From: Schmidtea nova
Taxonomy: Eukaryota
Assembly (NCBI GenBank): GCA_044892505.1
Contig: CM097883.1
Location: 351,726,001 to 351,790,000 of the forward strand
Length of the DNA stretch: 64,000 nt
Direction: 5' to 3'
Both the position numbers and the translations under genes were made by a program. Below are positions 51,701 through 62,446 of the stretch, in pieces. The stretch's first letter is position 1. Each line of letters begins with the position of its first letter. The notes under the pieces were generated by a model, which was given only the letters and a program-made list of their open reading frames with translations, made no database searches and was not told the origin of the DNA.

Positions 51701-52148
51701 TTATCAACCCTTTCACAATTTTGTCTATACTTCTCTTTTCTTTGTTTTGGTCGATTGTTGACAATTTCATCAATGTGTTATTTTTTCCCTCTTTGTCCGT
51801 CCATTCTTCCACTTCTCCCAGTGTTGTTCCTGTATGTAGACTTTTCACTCCTCCTTCCTGCATATTAATTCGGACCCAAATCAATCCCTCGGAACATGTT
51901 GCTAGTCCATCTGCTACCAGTATACCTCTTTCCTCCATCTTGTTCTTGTTTCCTGTAAATAAACAATTAGTTACGTCTTCCTTTATCCTTTCGTTCTCCT
52001 TATCTACTATCATCCCTTTGATCCAATACTCTCCCTCTCCTTTCAATGTCACATTTTCTGCTACCACTACTTTTCTCGTTTCTTCTTCCGTCCCTTTAAC
52101 TATTCTTCCCACTCCTGGACGCCTGGGAGTGGTCTTTAACAGTTTAAA
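48779..52148 (-). CDS. pol: Gypsy Pol (linker, RT, RNase H, integrase); one extra A in an A10 run at ~51414-51423 splits it
   Basis: SPWNFP, DYRALN, MPFGL, YLDD, DTDASN, TDHQAL, ADALSR, HRELGH..CIACQ, GIDITGP, HSDQGKNFES, PQSDGLIER, GPY. Confidence 0.92.
52089..52148 (-). promoter_or_regulatory. Predicted -1 ribosomal frameshift signal (U UUA AAC + H-type pseudoknot)
   Basis: Heptamer 52148-52142 is in phase with ORF1; 9-nt spacer; stem1 CCACUCC/GGAGUGG; stem2 CGUCC/GGACG; next ORF is in the -1 frame. Confidence 0.75.
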
Positions 52149-53773
52149 GACGATGGTATCGATGTCTTGGATAGAAATGGAATTTGAATACCCTTTACCT
52201 CGATACAGTCTTCTGCCGGTTTCATTATTACTCCCAGTTCTTTCATGCATCTGAGTCCGATATACGCATGTGGGAATACCCCGTTTATTATTTCGAATTT
52301 GTGTTTGGTCGTCCTTGGACCCAAACTCAGTGACAATACTAATTGTCCTCGGCTTTTTCCTTTACTTCCATCTGCGTACGCTACTCTAACGTTTGAATCC
52401 CTGACTTCTATTGTCGAATCTCGTTGTATTATTTTCTCTGCCAGTTCCTCACTAATGACATTCAGATCTGCTCCCGTATCGAATAGTGCTTTAACTTCTT
52501 CTCCTTGGATTTTGCAACAAATGATTGGCTTGTTGGTTGCCCTTTCCGATCGTCTTTGCGATATTACTGTTGTGGCTTTTTTTATATATTTTTCCTTTGG
52601 TTTGTCGCCATTACCTCCGATAAACTGTGCCCACTTCTCTTCCATTGTTAGCTTACTTTTCTTTGTCTTTTTTACTTTTTGTGTAATCGCTTTCATAATT
52701 CGTTCTGATGGGTCGTCTTCTTCGTATTCGCTATCTGAACTTGTCCCTTGTACGGATACTTCTTCTAATTGTCGTACTCTTCTATAATCGTCCCTCTTGT
52801 TTGGGCATTCTCTACTTATATGACCCTTTCTATTACAATTAAAACATGTTACCTTTTCTCGATACTCTCGGCAATTGCTCGATATATGTCCTGTTTTCTT
52901 GCATCGGAAGCATCTTTCGTTCTTCTTTTCTTCGCAGAAACGTGCAATATGACCGGTTTTGCCGCAATTGTAACATTCCACTTGTTGTCCATTGTGGAAT
53001 TCTTTTCTACTTCTATCTTGGTTATTCGGTTCTTTTAAACTTTTTATAATTTCCTGAAGTCTCTTAATCTCTTCTCTTAATTCTTGTAACTCCAATGTGG
53101 CATTTTTATCTACCCGCATTTGCCTAGCATTGTTGTTTCCTTTCGCTTTATTAATTCCTTTCCCGTCTCTCCATGCATTATAGCTCTCTTCTCGTAGTTG
53201 TGATAATCTGTATTCTGGAATTATTTCTTTCTGGTCATCTTCTTCCTTTATTAGTTCGACAGCTTCTTCTATGGTTTTGGGCCGCAATATTTTCAATGTC
53301 TTTCTCATGATTTCACTTTTTAAACCTTCTCTAAAGATCATTAATTCTATTCTGTTTCGATCTTCTTTTGTGTCTTTCGTCGTTCTTTTTACCCGTCTAC
53401 TGAAATCTACTATCGTCTCTCCTTCGTCCTGTTTGGTCGATAGAAAAATTCTAACCTTCTTGGCTCTTGACTCCTTTATTGGGAACATTTCTGTTAATGT
53501 TTTTGTGTACCACTCTACTGAGTTGTTTTCTTCTCCATACGTACTTTTTGATTCCACCTCGAATAAGATTTCTGGATCAAAATATCTTCTTAATAATCGG
53601 ACTTTGTAAGCCTCTTCCATCTCAAACATCGCCAAAAAGGATGTTATATTCTCGAGATGTGTCCTCACATCCCTTTTACACTTCCTTGTGTATAGATATA
53701 GGGATCCCTCTATCTCTTGTGCCAATAAATTTTTGACAAAAGAATTGTCAAACGTAACTGCTCGTGACGCCAT
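52136..53773 (-). CDS. gag: Gypsy Gag-protease polyprotein (3 CCHC knuckles, aspartic protease)
   Basis: CYNCGKTGHIARFC, CFRCKKTGHISSNC, CFNCNRKGHISREC; ALFDTGADLNVI; 545-aa open frame. Confidence 0.92.
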   Translation of the reverse strand: MASRAVTFDNSFVKNLLAQEIEGSLYLYTRKCKRDVRTHLENITSFLAMFEMEEAYKVRLLRRYFDPEILFEVESKSTYGEENNSVEWYTKTLTEMFPIKESRAKKVRIFLSTKQDEGETIVDFSRRVKRTTKDTKEDRNRIELMIFREGLKSEIMRKTLKILRPKTIEEAVELIKEEDDQKEIIPEYRLSQLREESYNAWRDGKGINKAKGNNNARQMRVDKNATLELQELREEIKRLQEIIKSLKEPNNQDRSRKEFHNGQQVECYNCGKTGHIARFCEEKKNERCFRCKKTGHISSNCREYREKVTCFNCNRKGHISRECPNKRDDYRRVRQLEEVSVQGTSSDSEYEEDDPSERIMKAITQKVKKTKKSKLTMEEKWAQFIGGNGDKPKEKYIKKATTVISQRRSERATNKPIICCKIQGEEVKALFDTGADLNVISEELAEKIIQRDSTIEVRDSNVRVAYADGSKGKSRGQLVLSLSLGPRTTKHKFEIINGVFPHAYIGLRCMKELGVIMKPAEDCIEVKGIQIPFLSKTSIPSSLNC

Positions 53774-54929
53774 GTTATATCTCTAAATGAATTAACTAAT
53801 TTATATAAATAAATTACCACGATTCGGAAAAAATAATTCTAATAATAAATCAATAAATTACAATATTCAAAAATCTCTATTTTACAACACAATATTCAAA
53901 CAATATTCTAATAATTATAATATTAAACGAATTTGTAATATTATTAATTCACATATAACAAGAGACATTATTATTTAAGGATTCATTATTAATTTTATTG
54001 TTATTATTTAAGGATACATTATTTATTTGATTGTTTTCAACAAAATTATTGTGTTCAGTATTGTTGATGTAATTTGGATATAAACTATTAAATAGTGATT
54101 TTTTAAAGGTTTATATTGGGTCAGATGGGTCTTGTGGCTATAAAAAATTCGTTATAAGCTATATTTTTATTAATTTTACAAGTAGGGCAGAGGAGGTGAG
54201 TGACACAATTTTATTTATAGGAATAGTAGTTTTCCATAATGACATGGCAGTCATTAAGTAAACTACTATTACAAAAAAATTTTATATATCGAGCCTGAAT
54301 AAATTAAATAATTTAATAAACAAATACATGATATAATAAAATAAATATATATCATTTTAAAATAATTAAATTTATCTTCATAAAATATGACAAATAATTT
54401 TTGAATCACAATTTACATAATAATAATAAATGTTCATAAAGATTTCCATTATAATTTATTAATAAAGATTTTCCTAAAACTTTTCATAATAAATATACCA
54501 TTTATAATTCGCAATAAAGAATTTGATAAAATTATTCGTTATAAATATTCATAAAATCATTCGGTATAAATATTCCTAAAATTTTCCATGTTAATCTATT
54601 CTCAAAGTAATTTCGTCATAAAACTTTTATTAATAATACATATTCCTAAAAGTTTACATAAAACCATAAAAAGAAATAGGTTATCAACATAATCTTTATC
54701 ATATATTTACAACATAGATTTTTTCGTCATAAAATAATATATTTTCATTAAAATATTTTCTTAAATTATTTTCATCATAGAATATATTTTTAATAACTAA
54801 AATACTTTCCTCGCAATATTAGTTATAAAAATAATATTTTTTAATATCCATAAACCTTTTATGAACTGTTTATCTTTAACATAATATGTAATGGTTCAAC
54901 AAACAATTACTTATTAGTATATTCGGAAA

Positions 54930-56090
54930 GTAACAAATCAATTTATTGTGCTCCTTGTCGATTGTTAGGAGGTGGTGGATAGGCCCTGGCAACAACAGGT
55001 TATTCTGATTAGAAAAATGTAACAGAATGTTTATCTCAGCACGAAAATACATCACAACACAGACAGTTAGAAACAGTTCTAAAGCAGCGATTATTAGGAG
55101 ACTCTGCGTCAAATGTGAATGAACTATTAAATTCAGAAACTCTAAAGGAAAAAAATACCATCTTGTACCTGTGTTAACATAGCGCCAACTGCGACGTCGG
55201 ACGCATCTGTGGTTAGACTTAAGGGCAGAGAATACTTTGGATAAGCCAAAGTCTGAATTGATTCAAGTGCTTTTTTAGCTTCGATGAACGCAGCGTCAGA
55301 TTTCTCTGTCTAATTTATAATAGATCGCTTTGATCCCGAATGAGCGAAGTCAAAGGAGCAAGAATATCAGATATCCTAAGTATGAACCTGTGGCAATAAT
55401 TGACTACGCCTATAAAGCTGCGAAGCTGCGTGACAGTTTTTTGTTTTAGAAAAATTTCTGATGGAATTTAAACTTTCAGTTTGTGGATCTATTCCATCAG
55501 CGGATAAGGTGTGTCCCAGAAATTTTACACTTGATTGAAAGAATTGACATTTGGAACGATTTATCTTGAGTTGATGTCGCTCTAAGATTTTAACGAGTTT
55601 ATGTGTTTCGGCATCAAGCGATGCGACTAGGATGTCGTCGACGTAGGCTGCTACATAATCTAGTCCGGATAATATGTGATCGATGTGTCGCTGGAATGTT
55701 TGTGCAGCGTTCCGCAAACCAAAAGGAATTCGCAGGATTTTGAAGAGACCTATAGAAGTGATGACAACTGTTTTTGCACATCGGATAGAGTGACAGGAAT
55801 TAAGTGGTATGTCTTCGCCAGATCGATTGTAGAGAATATTTCGTTACCTATGAATCTGGCTAACGAATCCTTTATAAGAGGCGTTGTATATGATTCGTGG
55901 TGTGTGGTGGTATTTAAACGACGGTAGTCGCCACATATCTTGAAAGAACCGTCTTTCTTAGGGACGAAATGGATCGGAGAGGCCCAATGCGAAGAAGATC
56001 TTTGGATCACTTCTACTTGTAATATTCTGTTTTCAGAAATGTCAATTTTTCTCCGGAGATCGGGCGCAATCTCTCTCTGAGAGGTGGTGA
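54930..56090 (-). mobile_element. Decayed Gypsy RT/RNase H remnant
   Basis: WASPIHFVPKKDG...CGDYRRLN, FGLRNAAQTFQR, YVDDIL, TTDASDVAVGA. Confidence 0.88.
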
Positions 56091-56397
56091 ATTCAGAGTA
56101 AGGATTTGATGATAGAATAAAATAAATTTAACAACAAGAAAAGTATATTTTTTAAACTTCAGTATATTTTAAACAAACGTATTTTTCTCAACAGTTTTTA
56201 ATAAACTATTTCTCTAAAAGTTTTATTTTCTTTTCTTCTTTATTTATATAACGAAATATAATACAACTAATATAATATAAATATTACATTTAGTAATATA
56301 TAAATTGTATCACCACAATACATTTTGGGCAAAGGTAATCTTGTCCTTCATACTATTCCAATCGATCATAAATACCAGCCCAGAATGGTAAATCTGT

Positions 56398-56667
56398 TTA
56401 AATATAACACTTTGGTTTAAAAATATTACTGACATTCATTATACATAATTCTTTAATAATTGTTCCTCCAATTTTATTATAACCGTAAATTGATTTACAA
56501 AATTGATCTTGAATAATTCCATGTTCATCATCCGCACCCCTATACCAATAAATTTTATTAAACTTTGACTTGAATAATTTTGACTGTAGCAATTTACAAA
56601 CAAATAATGTTTTTTCATTCCCGCTAGGGCCAACAATTTGAAACCTTGCATCATTTCTTAATTCCAT
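56398..56667 (-). pseudogene. Polinton A32-like packaging ATPase N-terminal remnant
   Basis: MELRNDARFQIVGPSGNEKTLFVCKLL...KIYWYRG; degenerate Walker A (GPSGSGKT-like); truncated. Confidence 0.72.
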
Positions 56668-56758
56668 ATTTCTATTTTTATTAATTTATTAATATTGTTT
56701 ATATTTGTTTTAAATAATAATTTTCATTACCATTATCCTATTTAAAAAATTCCCATTA

Positions 56759-57184
56759 ATGATTAGCAACATAAATTATAAGGGTAAGACTGATGCATCT
56801 CACATGAATTTTCCAAAGGGCAAACCTCATCAAATCATTGATAGAAGTGGGAAATATCCGATAATATATTTTAAGGCCGCGAGATTTAGAATTGTGGGAT
56901 GTAAGCAATTTATTAGCGATGAAAAAGTAAAGATTTATGGTTTAACAATTCAATCGATTACTGTAACGGCAAACTTGGGATTTGATTGTAAATTAAATGA
57001 TTTGGCTAAATTAATAGAATGTGTTTACTAACCAGAATTATTTCGAGTTTTGAGATATATAAAATATAACCCCATGTGTGTAAATATATTTTCAAGTGGT
57101 AAAGTAGTTATATTAGTTTTAAAAAATAGGTACTATTTAAATATAGCTGATAATATTATTAATGATGTAAAATTAATTATTTAA
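56759..57184 (+). pseudogene. Divergent TATA-binding-protein (TBP)-like gene, one premature stop
   Basis: Reading through TAA at 57029: IQSITVTANLG...Y*PELFRVLRYIKYNPMCVNIFSSGKVVIL (cf. TBP YEPELFPGLIYRM..P..VLLIFVSGKVVL); weaker first repeat YPIIYFKAARFRIVGCK. Confidence 0.72.
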
Positions 57185-57410
57185 GATAAAGCCTTTGTTG
57201 ATTTCATATTATCGTGCGACTCGTGTTTGCAAAAAACCTGCAATATAAATGCACGATTCTGATTGGTTCAGTGTGTATTTATTGAATAAATACTTGTTAT
57301 GCATATTCGACTCTGATTGATTGAATTTATGTATCATTTTCTTGTCTATTACTTTGGTATATATCAAATGAACATTTTTCAATCATTTATAATTTACAAT
57401 GTGTCTAAAA

Positions 57411-58701
57411 TCAACTTAAGTGAAATATAGTAGTTTTTAATTTATTATTTTTCATTATAATAATATCTATTTTTAAGATAAATTGATGTCCGTAGTTCAC
57501 TAGACTGTTCCACCGTGTCTTTGTATCTAAAATTAAAACCTTATCTTCCTGTTGACAGCTTTCTCTAATATACATTTGCAAAATACTGTCATTCTTTGTT
57601 GGCGAATTTCTAAAGATTTTAACGATTTTGCGTATTTTAGTCCGAATAGGTTTAGCAGCGTTACATATGTCTAAGTCTAACCCATTAGGGATTCCTTCAT
57701 CCAAATCACTTTCAGCAGTATCGTTAAGTTCCAATTCATCTTCGCTTCCAAGATTATTTGAGTCCGATCTATATGCTTCTATTTCATCGTTTTGAGTATT
57801 CTTGGGTACTCTTTGGTTTGAGTATTTATTTTTTTATAAAGTATATCTATTACTGCTAATTGTATGTCATGAGCAAAACATAGCTTTTGGTAGTTGGATA
57901 CTAATGAACCTACCTTCAACATCACTCTAGCACCATCCGTAGTCATGCAAACGATGTTTTTTTCTAAATTAATATTGAAATCCTGGAGTTTAGTTTTTAC
58001 TATTATGTTACATTTTTCCGCAGGCATGCTTCCATGAATCCTTACCATCCCTAAACTACAATATTTCGTTTCAGTTATCTTAGGTTCAACAGCGTAATGA
58101 ATATTAATATTAATGTAACGACGGTTTCGTTTTGAAGTCCACTCATCAAATGTAATGCTTACTCCTCCTACTTGTAGTATGGATTTAAGTTCCTTAATCA
58201 AGTTATATTTTATTTTCTCGTAATAACCAACTACAATACTGCGTATTGTGTGAGGTGACTTAGGAATATTTTCGAAACCTCTTGCTGTGAGGGATTTTCT
58301 TAGATCATATGATGAGCAAAATATTCTAAAAGGAAGTCCATCTACTGATGTCAAACGCGCAAGAACAGCAGGTATTGTGTTGTCAATTTTAATCTTTGCC
58401 GTTAGATATGATGTAATTTTCCTTTTGGTATCGCTAATATCTACTCTTTTTAACTGATTTTCCTCGTCTGTTTGTTGATCTAAAATTAATGTTCTCTTCT
58501 GACAATCAATTTTATGTATTTTATTCAAGTGCGTATATGCAGTCCTTTGGTAGACCCCCCAGCTATTTTTAGTATACTCGGACACAACTTACATCTAGCG
58601 GTTTTAGGAGTACTTCCTTGTTCTCGCAAAAAATGTTTCTAAATCGCGGATTCGCTTTCTTATTCCCACTCAATGTATTTTGTAGCTGATTTCGATGCCA
58701 T
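57411..58701 (-). pseudogene. hAT-family transposase pseudogene (BED finger + catalytic region, C-terminus lost)
   Basis: AI*KHFLRE...ARCKLC...HLNKIH; ITFDEWTS; TTDGARVM; CFAHDIQLAV; TRWNS. Confidence 0.88.
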
Positions 58702-59010
58702 TATAGATCTGCAAAAATTGATTTAATTTAAAATAAAATAATAATAGTTTCTTTCATAATATAAAATGTGCGTTTTTTAAGTTTTTATAAATAAATATAT
58801 GACTTACAATTTCAGTTTACATTAATTAATGTTTTATTATTTTACATTATTAAAACAAAGAAACACCCATAATATTCTTTTTTATTAATTTAAATGATTT
58901 TTTGTATTAATAATAAAATGGATATATTTGAAATTTACGTTATTATATATACTATTCTATATACCTACGTTAATAAAGTAAAAAATTAATGATTATTTTA
59001 TTAATATATA

Positions 59011-59718
59011 TGTTGGGGTTAGTATAAAAATCACAAAAGTAACAAGAAATATCAAAATTAATTAAAATGCAAAAATTAATTAAAATTTATCAAAAATGTA
59101 AAATTAATATTCACTGGGGGAAATGGGTATGGTTGAATACCAAATCAAAAGACGAACCCAAAAATAATAATAGAAATTTAATAAGGGGTCCCTAGAAAAT
59201 GTTATTTAATAAAAACAAACTAATGAAAATTAATTAATCGCTCAGTGGGAAACCCGAGACAATGGGAAGCCCGAGGCAATGGGAAACCCGAGCGATGAGG
59301 GAAGCCCGAGCGCAAAGAGACCCGAGAGATCAAAGTCGGGGCAATTAGGAAAAATCCATCCGAGGATATCGATTAAACCTAATTGTTATTTGCGAGAACT
59401 ATAAAAGGCAGCGCAAAACAGATGACGGGGCCGACGAGTTGATAGTTAAAAAAGAGAGCATTAAAAAGATTTGAAAACAAATAAGGAAAGATCCTGAAGA
59501 AATCAAACAGACAAAGTGAGAAAGTATCCTTTTAACTAAAGAGTCAAATCCGAATCCAGCAGAAAGCGTAATTGACCAAAAGCGTGTATTACAAAGATTG
59601 TAATTTGTGTTGATCGTGAATAAAAAGATTGTTCTGTGTTGGGTTCATTGATTTCGATAATTAAAGAGCACGAGGAGTCAGGTCAGTAAACCGATCTAAC
59701 CAGAAAAATAAGCCAACA
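59011..59718 (+). mobile_element. 5' LTR (708 bp) of a large Gypsy-like element continuing beyond the window
   Basis: tgttgg...ccaaca termini, followed by a PBS and gag. Confidence 0.85.
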
Positions 59719-59721
59719 TTT

Positions 59722-59739
59722 TGGTGAGCCCGACGTGAT
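59722..59739 (+). promoter_or_regulatory. Primer-binding site (tRNA-Trp type)
   Basis: TGGTGAGCCCGACGTGAT; 17/18 match to the recalled complement of metazoan tRNA-Trp 3' end (TGGTGACCCCGACGTGAT). Confidence 0.8.
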
Positions 59740-60307
59740 AGAAAGGTCGGTGAAAAATTGTTACGATAATAACCGACGTGATCGTAAGGTCGGTGAGAGC
59801 ATAGTGAAAATATTGAATAATTGGAAAATTGTTACGAGATTACCCGACGTGATAGAAAGGTCGGTGAAAAATTGTTACGATAATAACCGACGTGATCTAA
59901 AGGTCGGTGAAGGAGTGAATCAAAGAAAAGAAGAGATAATTTGCTATAGAAAATTGAATTTGATAAGTAAAGAAAACGATATTAAGTGACTTAATTGAAA
60001 AGTCAGTGAGAAAAGTGTTGAAAAGTAAAATTGAATAATTGTAAAAAGAGAAAATAAAATTTGAAAAGTAAAGAAAACGAGATTAATTGTTGAAGAAAAT
60101 AAAAGTGAAAATAATTGTATCAGTTGAAATAAAAGAGTAAAAAGCTTGAACAGAAAAGAGAGAATCGATAAAAATCCAATTGCCAATAATCAAGTCAAAA
60201 TTAAAACAAAAGGTAAATTTAAAAATTGTAATACTTTAAAATTTAGACGAGAAAAAGTTGTACAAAAGAAATCTTATAATCTTCGAAATAAGAAACAAGT
60301 GGAAAAT

Positions 60308-62446
60308 ATGGCTAGTAATTCAAATAATAATGATCAAATACCCATGTCTACTACTCCCACAAACAATGGTAGTGATTTTGCAAGCTGTCAGAAATTGCCA
60401 GTAGAGCAATACGGAGGAGACCCAATTGATTTTGTTGATTTCATGGCAGATTACTATATGTACGCGACAGCATACGGATGGAGCCAATCAATTATGGTAC
60501 AAAGGTTACCGGTATATTTGAAAGGTGCAGCACGAGAAGCTTGGCAACAGATCGACAAAAGACTTATCGCAAATGATTGGACAAAGCTAAAAGATGCATT
60601 GGCAGCCAAGTTAATTGGTGGCGATATCAAAAGAATAATGCGCCAAAAATTTTACAACCGAGTACAAAAGTCAAATGAATCGGTAAGTGAGTTTGCTTAT
60701 CATTTAACAACTCTTGCAGAAAAAGCCTTTGAAGCGAAACCAGAACAACCTGATGTGACGAAACAAGTGAAAGAATTACTTCAAGATCAATTTCTGTCAG
60801 GAGTAAAAAGAGAGATCAAAAAAGCCCTGTGTTATGTAGATTTCAACAATTTCGATGAATTGATTAAAAAGGCCATGAAGATTGAATTGAATCTCAAAAC
60901 CACACAACAGACAGCCGAATCCTTTGCAATTGTAAATGAAACGAGAGATGAATCAGTAACTCCAGTTAGAGAGACTCTTTTGCAAAAATCAACAAGTCCA
61001 TCACCAAAGTTTAGAGTGAAATTCGAGCCAAGAAAGTCGTCAAACAGCCCAAATGAAGAAAGAGAAAGGCCAATTCAATGTAGTTATTGTAAAAGATTGG
61101 GACATCAAGTAAATCAATGTTGGTTTAAAAACAGCGCTCGAAGAAGCCCAAGTCCTGTTCAGTGTGATAATTGCCAACGAAAAGGGCACAGTAATAGTCA
61201 ATGTTGGTTTAAAAATAATTCGCAACGGAGTCCAAGAAAGATGTGGCCAGATTGGTTGAAAGACAATGTCGAGAAAACCTTCAAGAGAAGGGGCAACATT
61301 GATCAAAGAGCTAGTGATAATATGCAGTGCTATAATTGTGGAAGGAAAGGCCATACTTCACGAAATTGCTTTGCAAGATCGAGATCTCCGTCAACATCAC
61401 CATCACCACAGAGAGATAGAGTAAATCTCCAAGGACAAATTCAATGCCACTCATGCAGAGGAAATGGACACATGGCTAGATCATGCCCAAAGAATAATGA
61501 AAAATTTCAAAGACCTATATTAAAGAAAATCAGATTTCAAAATGATAAATCAAAATTTGATAATGTGGCTTTTGTACAACCCGATGATGCTAACGAAAGA
61601 ATTGAAAAAGAGATAAAGCAAATGGGTAAACGATTGGATAAATTAATGTGTAAATTTGAATCGGACGAAGAAACTGATAACCATATGATGTATGAAACGC
61701 AATCAGAAGGGTCAGAGACAGATATAATGAAGGAAGTAGTAAATGATGAATTAGAAACCGAAAAAATAAAAATGATTTTGTCGAGAACAAAAATTTTAAT
61801 GGAGTCAAAAGTAAAAGAGACGTCAAAAATAATGACAATGCTAAAGAAATTGAGTCAAATGCCGATGAGTATACAAAATTTAAAAAGTGTAATTGAAATT
61901 TGTGCTGAATATCACAATGAGAATTCAAAAGATAAAACTGAAACTGAGAAAATAATGAAAATATTTGGAAAATTGTTCAGAGAGAAAACATGGTTAGATT
62001 TTATTGTTATTGATGTTGTTGATGAAAGTAATAATGATGTGATGTGCATTCGTTGTGAAATAGGAGAGTGCGTAAAGGAATTTAAAAAGAGATTAGAGGA
62101 AAATAGTGGAAAATGGATAAAGGAAGTAAAATTTAAAAATAGATGTTTAAATGACGAGGAAATATTAATAGATTGTGGTATTACACCTGAAAATAAAAAC
62201 AGAGTACAGATAGTATTTATGATTAGAAATAATGAAATAATAAAAGATTATTCACAGAAAATTTGTAGGGAATTAAAAGATATTTTGTGTAAAGGGGATG
62301 CAAATGAAATTATTAGAAAATTAAAATTGATAGAAGAAATTGAAATTGAGAGAGATATTAAATTAGATATTATAGATGCAATAAGGCCACACATGTATGA
62401 AAAATCTAAATATAAAGAAAATTTAAGAAATTTAGTACGACGATAA
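60308..62446 (+). CDS. gag: Retrotransposon Gag with 4 CCHC knuckles and a C-terminal extension containing a ubiquitin-like domain
   Basis: YGGDPIDF..F...Y...ATAYGW...LPVYLKGAAREAW; QKSNESVSEFAYHL; four CX2CX4HX4C; open from 60146, first ATG at 60308. Confidence 0.88.
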   Translation: MASNSNNNDQIPMSTTPTNNGSDFASCQKLPVEQYGGDPIDFVDFMADYYMYATAYGWSQSIMVQRLPVYLKGAAREAWQQIDKRLIANDWTKLKDALAAKLIGGDIKRIMRQKFYNRVQKSNESVSEFAYHLTTLAEKAFEAKPEQPDVTKQVKELLQDQFLSGVKREIKKALCYVDFNNFDELIKKAMKIELNLKTTQQTAESFAIVNETRDESVTPVRETLLQKSTSPSPKFRVKFEPRKSSNSPNEERERPIQCSYCKRLGHQVNQCWFKNSARRSPSPVQCDNCQRKGHSNSQCWFKNNSQRSPRKMWPDWLKDNVEKTFKRRGNIDQRASDNMQCYNCGRKGHTSRNCFARSRSPSTSPSPQRDRVNLQGQIQCHSCRGNGHMARSCPKNNEKFQRPILKKIRFQNDKSKFDNVAFVQPDDANERIEKEIKQMGKRLDKLMCKFESDEETDNHMMYETQSEGSETDIMKEVVNDELETEKIKMILSRTKILMESKVKETSKIMTMLKKLSQMPMSIQNLKSVIEICAEYHNENSKDKTETEKIMKIFGKLFREKTWLDFIVIDVVDESNNDVMCIRCEIGECVKEFKKRLEENSGKWIKEVKFKNRCLNDEEILIDCGITPENKNRVQIVFMIRNNEIIKDYSQKICRELKDILCKGDANEIIRKLKLIEEIEIERDIKLDIIDAIRPHMYEKSKYKENLRNLVRR

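Larger units (their letters stand above)
48581..53960 (-). mobile_element. Near-intact Ty3/Gypsy LTR retrotransposon (5.38 kb)
   Basis: 188-bp LTRs (48581-48768, 53773-53960; 1 mismatch; tgttatat...atataaca); TSD AGAGA; PBS tggcgtcacgagcag (tRNA-Ser type); PPT aagacgggggaa; gag-PR-RT-RH-IN order. Confidence 0.97.

Noticed and set aside
48831-53736. Plus-strand ORFs (e.g. 51634-52254, 52245-52787) opposite the Gypsy
   Set aside because: Antisense shadows of the A-rich gag-pol strand; same for 61040-63185 minus ORFs and the antisense ORFs at 15694 and 31028
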